The notes beneath the pieces were generated by a model. It was not told the origin of the DNA, ran no database searches, and saw nothing but the letters and a program-made list of their open reading frames with translations. DNA of 64,000 bases, from NCBI GenBank assembly GCA_048128005.1, contig JBEUKZ010000102.1, positions 1-64,000 on the forward strand, given 5' to 3'. This document shows, in pieces, positions 58,042-64,000 of the stretch (position 1 is the stretch's first letter; each line of letters begins with the position of its first letter). Source of the DNA: Veleropilina oligotropha. Taxonomy: Eukaryota. Both the position numbers and the translations under genes were made by a program.

Positions 58042-61000
58042 AGTGGAATGCATCAAGATCAGAACGGTACCATTCCAGTGGGAATATCTGTTATTTGTGT
58101 GCAATAATCCAATTGTTTCAGTCCCTGACTCGTCAATATTAATATTAAGTGAAATTGCATAGCACAGCTTTAATATATAATAAAACTAAATTGTCTAATA
58201 ATAATTCATAAGTAATGATAACCATTTCTAAGATTAGACCCGTGTTTCAATCACTCGGGTACTTTGAATATGTAACTCTTCTCAGGCCCTGACCGAGTGG
58301 ATACAATTCTATCCTCAAAACCAAAAGTCCTGGGTTCAATCCCTGGTGTGGCAGGGATTTGTTCCTTAAACACCATCTCCAGCGCAAACGTCAACCATTC
58401 AGTTCATCATTCACTCGTTTGAACTGATTTATGACTGAAAATTTATTAGCATGTTCGGAGTATTCAATAACGAGTTTATGCACAAGCCATAAAAATATGT
58501 TAAGCATTCGTCCTGTAGATTTTATCTGTTATCATTGAATAATATTATGTTTCATATTTTATGACGGTTCTTTGAATTAGCCTATAGCTATAAAGGTAGT
58601 GAGTTTTTTTTAAATTATGTCACATAAAGTGTTATTCTGCATTATATATTATGCAATTATTGTCCCTGATTTTCAAACGGCCATGATGAGATGCACCATC
58701 CAAATAAAAGCTCTGCAACGTAAATCTGGTAATTATCGAAGAATAATACATTAAATTGTAGTTTTTACTTCTTGTTTTTAATAATTTTAAACCTGACAAT
58801 GTTCTACTGATCATTTTAAAATACATTCCACTTAGCAACTGATTCAATGGTGTCTATATGTCTAATTCATTAAAGATATAGTATGTTTTACCAATAGTTA
58901 AAGCTTATGCGTGAATATGCACACAATGTCCGTGATTTTGTTTACCTAATCAAAATAATGTGCAATTAATTTACTTATTTTATCCATCGAAGAGGAATGA
59001 TTTTACGATGCCATCTATGTCACTTCTTTTAATAATTTAATTTTAAATTATTTTTTTGTTGTATTATTTAATTTATGAACACTTGTTACTATCTTTACTC
59101 TTATGTTGCTCAGTGAATGTGTATATATTGTATTTAATATTTTATGTATTAATTATAAGTACATGTATGTTATATGACATAATTTACATACTTTCTGGAA
59201 TATATTCTGAAATGTAAAGCGAAAACTGTGTTTCCAAACTGCACAGCTGTAGTTTCATCTCATCATTTATTCAGAGACTAATCTTAAGATCCACTGTGAA
59301 TAAGCATTGGTTTTGCTTTGTGTTAAGAAATTTATGTCATAAATTAATGTGTACTCCGAAGAACGTAAACAGCATTTATAGTGGTATAATTCACATGTGT
59401 TGTATAATTAATAACTTGGTAGGTACTGGTATTGCAATGTAACACTGTATATAGCAAATGTATATTGCTTACATCGCTCGATATTGTCTGTACATGTAGA
59501 TGTTTTCGAAGGATTTTAGAGAGTGAGTGTATGACTGTGTTTATGAGGCTGTATGCATATATAATAACGCATAGTTCATGACCGATATGACATAATGTAG
59601 TTTGGTGCATTAGATTAAGAACGAGCAATATTTATAACCCATAAGTTTGCAAACGAATCTGGTGTTATGAAAATTAGAGAATTCTATATAATGAATACTA
59701 GTATAATATACATCATTATCACATGACAAAGCTGTTATGGAACGGTAGGAGCCGTTCCATAAATTTCGATGCAAAAAGACACGTCTCATAAGTATGCAAA
59801 TGAGGACGAGCATGACGGCCGATCATCGCATCTGGCGCCAAGTTGATTAGGCGGCGCATCACCCTCATTAACATATTGAATAATTCATAAGCGTTGGCTC
59901 GTCGATTACTGACGGTGAACTATTTTTTATTAGCGTATTGGCGTGGCGCGTGCTTTCGAGGCGTGATGCGTCCGAGGCAATGGCAATTTATGGCTGAAAG
60001 TACTGACAGAAATTAGTTTTAAAACGTAAAGAAATGTGTTTAAAAACGCAATAAAATAAGTTTAAAGGTAAATAAAGTCATGTGATAAAGAAGATATGAA
60101 ACTTGTGTCCATTTCATATGAGAATTATGAATCTCGTCAGCAAATTTATGTACCTCGCCAAGGCTTGGTACATAAATTGTGCCGGACTCGTTTCATAATT
60201 CTCATATCGAATGGACACTCGTTCCATATCCTCTATTTATGTAGCGGAAAAATAATCCTTGTATAAATAGTGATTGTGAAAAGTACACAAGCAATAATTG
60301 GCTAGTTAATGTCTTATTTATTAGATGTTTTGTTCTAACGATATGTACCGCGTTATGCATACTATATCAGCAGTAGTACGGTCCATATAATTATTTAAAG
60401 TAGTTTAACATGCTTTTATTTTATGTCCGTATTAGAAATGAACTTCAGAACAGTTTATAACAATTTGTGTACTTTAATTTCAAGTCCTTTTGAAAAATCA
60501 ATCTTCATCTAGTATACTAACGGCGTTATCGGGTCATTTCGACTAGGGTGAAGGGCAATCCGACCTATTTCCACACCTGGTGATTTGACCGAAGTCTTTT
60601 TTTGCAACAATTTCTTTATATTTTTGAAAGGCAAGAACACTTGAAATTATTCTGATCAAATTTGAATAACAAACATGTAGGTAATTCACTTTTAATTCGG
60701 TTAAAGTATCAATATGGTGCAGTATGTTGATGGTCTTGATTTTTCAGTCATCAATTTTTTAATGTCATATATGGGTACTATAGTTATATAATGTTTACAT
60801 GTGCAGTTCCGACATTTCAAATTAGTTCAATATTTTTTGCCTTGACCTAATAAAGTTAACCATTTTATCCTTCGCATATAAATAGGCGTAGTGGAAATCT
60901 TTAGGCTTTGGAAGAATTTGTTACAACTAGAGGGGAGACAACTCTTGCCATCTTATCTGTTTCTTTAATCGAAGTACAATCATTTTATAAAATTCATGTT

Positions 61001-61916
61001 TGGATGAGTATTATTTTTGGTATATGGTTATGCTGTACTAGTCTGATACTGACAAACCCAGTGCTTGTCATTAACATTTTATCAGTATTTTAATAGTTTT
61101 ATGCTTAATATTATGTGCATGTTTTGTGACTATAAGCAGCTATTGTTTATTTATATATATATATATGGTTGTGAATGTGTTTTATCTTGTAACTGTATAA
61201 TATTATGATGTAGAGATATATATTTTGTAAAGTGCAACATTTACGGGAGCATAATAACACTAAATGTACGTTATGGATTTACTCCAAATAAATAGGTATT
61301 CAATATTGACAGGTGTTACATCATTTTCATATATTATGTAAATGTAGAAACTACGAATATAAAGTGATACATCATGATTCGTATGAATGAAAAGATTTGC
61401 AAGAAAGCAGGATATTACACATTTAACTTTCATCAATCCATACAAAAAATCACAAATTTGAGTCTATCCATATTAAGCCTGAGCTGTCGATGCCCAATTA
61501 CTAATTGAGAAAACCGGTGATGTCACTTCAAGCAGAGATCAATTTCATCGACAGTCAATAACTCACTGACTGATGCAGATACCAGATTTTGACGATGGGA
61601 AGAAATATAGATATCCACATTATTGTTATTTAAAAAGATTAAATAATCTGATTATTTTGTATGATTGGGGCGGCTGTTTATGCCGCTTGACGGCAGACTT
61701 CATATCTTCTGTGTTAATAATTTTCTGTGCCGTACGACATCTTCATTTCATAGAGCTGCCATTCAGTTCATCATTCAATAGTTGAATTATAAACGTATAC
61801 CTGGACGTTAAACCATCGTTTCACCCATCCACAATCAGGGCTAAAGCTAGGCTGGGGCTAATTTTGGGCGAGTAAAATTTTGAAATACCGTAAAATCCTA
61901 TTTTCACCATCTCATG

Positions 61917-62156
61917 GATTGGATTGAATATATGCTTACTACCCTGTATTTACAACCTTTAGGTCCTAGGCATGACATGTCCATATCATCATGGGAATAA
62001 AGCCTGGGGAAACTCTCCCTCCGACCAGTTATGAACAACTGCAATTTATAAATGAACAAAGAACGTCATGTCCGAACCCACTCCTGTTGGTTAGTGCAAT
62101 CGAGCCAGTGATTTCAGATTGTACAGTTGAGACGACACGACTACCGCGTCGGGCCC
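61917..62156 (-). mobile_element. SINE family A copy
   Basis: Reverse-complement match to the family body. Confidence 0.6.
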
Positions 62157-62514
62157 CATCTGGTGGAGGAAATTTACAGTATTGTAGTACTGAGTGGCCA
62201 GGGTGCGTCAATGGACTAGCGAATTACTCTGGCATTCGACCATAGTAAAATATAAGATGCTTAAACATGATACGGACAACTAAGGAATAAAATGCAATTA
62301 ATAAATTCAATGTGATCTAATATCACGTGTTTTCATCGTGTGATGTAGATCACAGACGACCGTGCTACCATACTTCAAGTGATGGCGCATCAGGCCTTTG
62401 CTAGCAGCTTCTTTCACTTCTTGATTGTGTTTATTTACAAGTTACAATGGTAGCTTCGATGTGTCGTTTTCTGATGATATCTCTAAGAGTTTTGTGTTGA
62501 GGTAATTTGCATAA

Positions 62515-62732
62515 CTGAGAAGCTGCGAGAGGCAAGGTTAAGATGGTTTGGGCACTTAGTGAGAAAATATGAAGGGACGATGGTAAAGAAGGAACATGTA
62601 GGAGGAAAGAGACCAAGGGGACGACAGAAACTGAGATGGAGGAATGTGGTTAAGAAGGATATGGAGGAGAGGGGAGTGGGGGAGCGTGACGCGGAGAACC
62701 GGAGCCGGTGAGGAGCGCGACTCGTGCCGTGA
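62515..62732 (+). mobile_element. 3' fragment of an RTE-clade LINE
   Basis: Translates KLREARLRWFGHLVRK...GGKRPRGRQKLRWRNVVKKDM, the typical RTE ORF C-terminus. Confidence 0.75.
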
Positions 62733-62741
62733 CATTACACT

Positions 62742-63974
62742 GGCTTAGTGTAATCGGCGAAGCAAACTACCATGCGAACTTTTAATCAGACTACGAAACG
62801 GCGAACGAAACGAAACGAACATTTGAAGGGTTGATGAATAGCATATAGAATTTAAATTATATATTACGACACGTTTGTTATATTATCATATTATATGCAT
62901 ACATATTTATATATTTGCGAGCGACATTGATGCTATAAGTAATAGGGTACGTGAACGACAGATTCACTCATGAATCAGTCGACCTATATATGAATACCGG
63001 CTAATTCGAACTCCTGCTGATTCGGAACCTCATTGATTATAATATCGGCTCATTCACATCTTATACTGATTCGGACACAGGGGCATGTAACGCTGTTTAT
63101 CGTTCGGCTGTTTCCGCTTGACGATTAGCGCAGCTCATTGTTACTATATAATATAGACAATTTAAGGGAGGTCACTAAGGACGGGACACATACTTTACCA
63201 TCCCGACATTTCACTGAATTATTTCATTTGTCACAAGATGTTGGTTCGAATAGTGACCAATGACCGGCAGCGTGTGCTGCTCTCTAGTCGATAACATGAC
63301 GAATAAATGGCAGATTACGCGTATTTAACACTCGGCGATAACACTATCATCGAGAACTAGGTTGTTCAACAAACAATATATTTAAAAATTAACTTACACA
63401 CCTCTTGCAAACAACTACTAAGTCTCTCTTGTAAACAACAACTAAATAAACGGGACGCATATGCTTCTTCTTCCTGAATTTGACATATTCGAACCAACAT
63501 CTTGTGACAAAAGAAATAATTCAGTGAAATGTATGTAAAGTATGTGTCCGGTCCTTAGTGACCCCCCTTGTCTATATAATACAGTAACAATGAACTGCGT
63601 CAAACGGAAACAGCCGAACGATAAACAGCGTTACACGCCCCTGTGTCCGAATCAGTATAAGATGTGAATGAGCCGATATTATAATCAATGAGGTTCCGAA
63701 ACAGCAGGAGTTCGAATTAGCCGGTATTCAAAAAGGTCGACTGATGTCCTGATGAGCGAATCTGTCATACACGTAGCCTATTATTCATAGCATCAATGCC
63801 GCTCGCATATGTAAATATGTATGCATATGTATATATCATGATTAAACAAACGTATCGCAATATATAATGAAATGATATTTATAAACCCTTCTAGTATTCG
63901 TTTCGTTTCGTTCGCCGTTTCGTAGTCTGATTAAAAGTTCACATGGAAGTTTGCTTCGCCGATTACACTAAGCC
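62742..63974. mobile_element. Non-autonomous MULE/foldback element with ~500-bp TIRs
   Basis: GGCTTAGTGTAATCGGCGAAGC...GCTTCGCCGATTACACTAAGCC; 9-bp TSD CATTACACT at 62733-62741 and 63975-63983. Confidence 0.88.
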
Positions 63975-64000
63975 CATTACACTTGGTTGCGTTGAAGGCC

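Noticed and set aside
63745..63770. CTGATGAG hammerhead-like core
   Set aside because: No matching GAAA core with supporting stems was found; it lies within a foldback TIR whose other arm differs here.

Overview
Eukaryotic, AT-rich, repeat-dense animal (invertebrate-type) genomic DNA. The main feature is a complete, GC-rich 15.25-kb endogenous Polinton-like (Maverick/adintovirus-type) virus at 5459-20708. It has ~190-200-bp TIRs (5'-AGCAGCAG...CTGCTGCT-3') and a 5-bp TSD (CATTC). It encodes a putative double-jelly-roll major capsid protein, a penton-like minor capsid protein, an A32/FtsK packaging ATPase, an rve integrase and many membrane proteins. Its replicase is unusual: one ~1300-aa protein joining an OTU-like Cys/His module, a divergent family-B polymerase core, an SF1B (RecD/Pif1-like) helicase and a C-terminal HNH-like Zn nuclease. 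No stand-alone adenain protease was found. Host genes are a 10-exon HAAO (21618-32898, +), TMEM229B (40811-41344, -) and an unknown single-pass membrane-protein gene (55509-58041, +). An intact DIRS1-type tyrosine-recombinase retrotransposon (41574-49024, -) sits just upstream of the TMEM229B coding exon. The rest is two SINE families, Tc1, MULE/foldback, Kolobok-like and other MITEs, an RTE-LINE fragment, and micro/minisatellites. All family assignments come from motif reading by eye; no database search was run.
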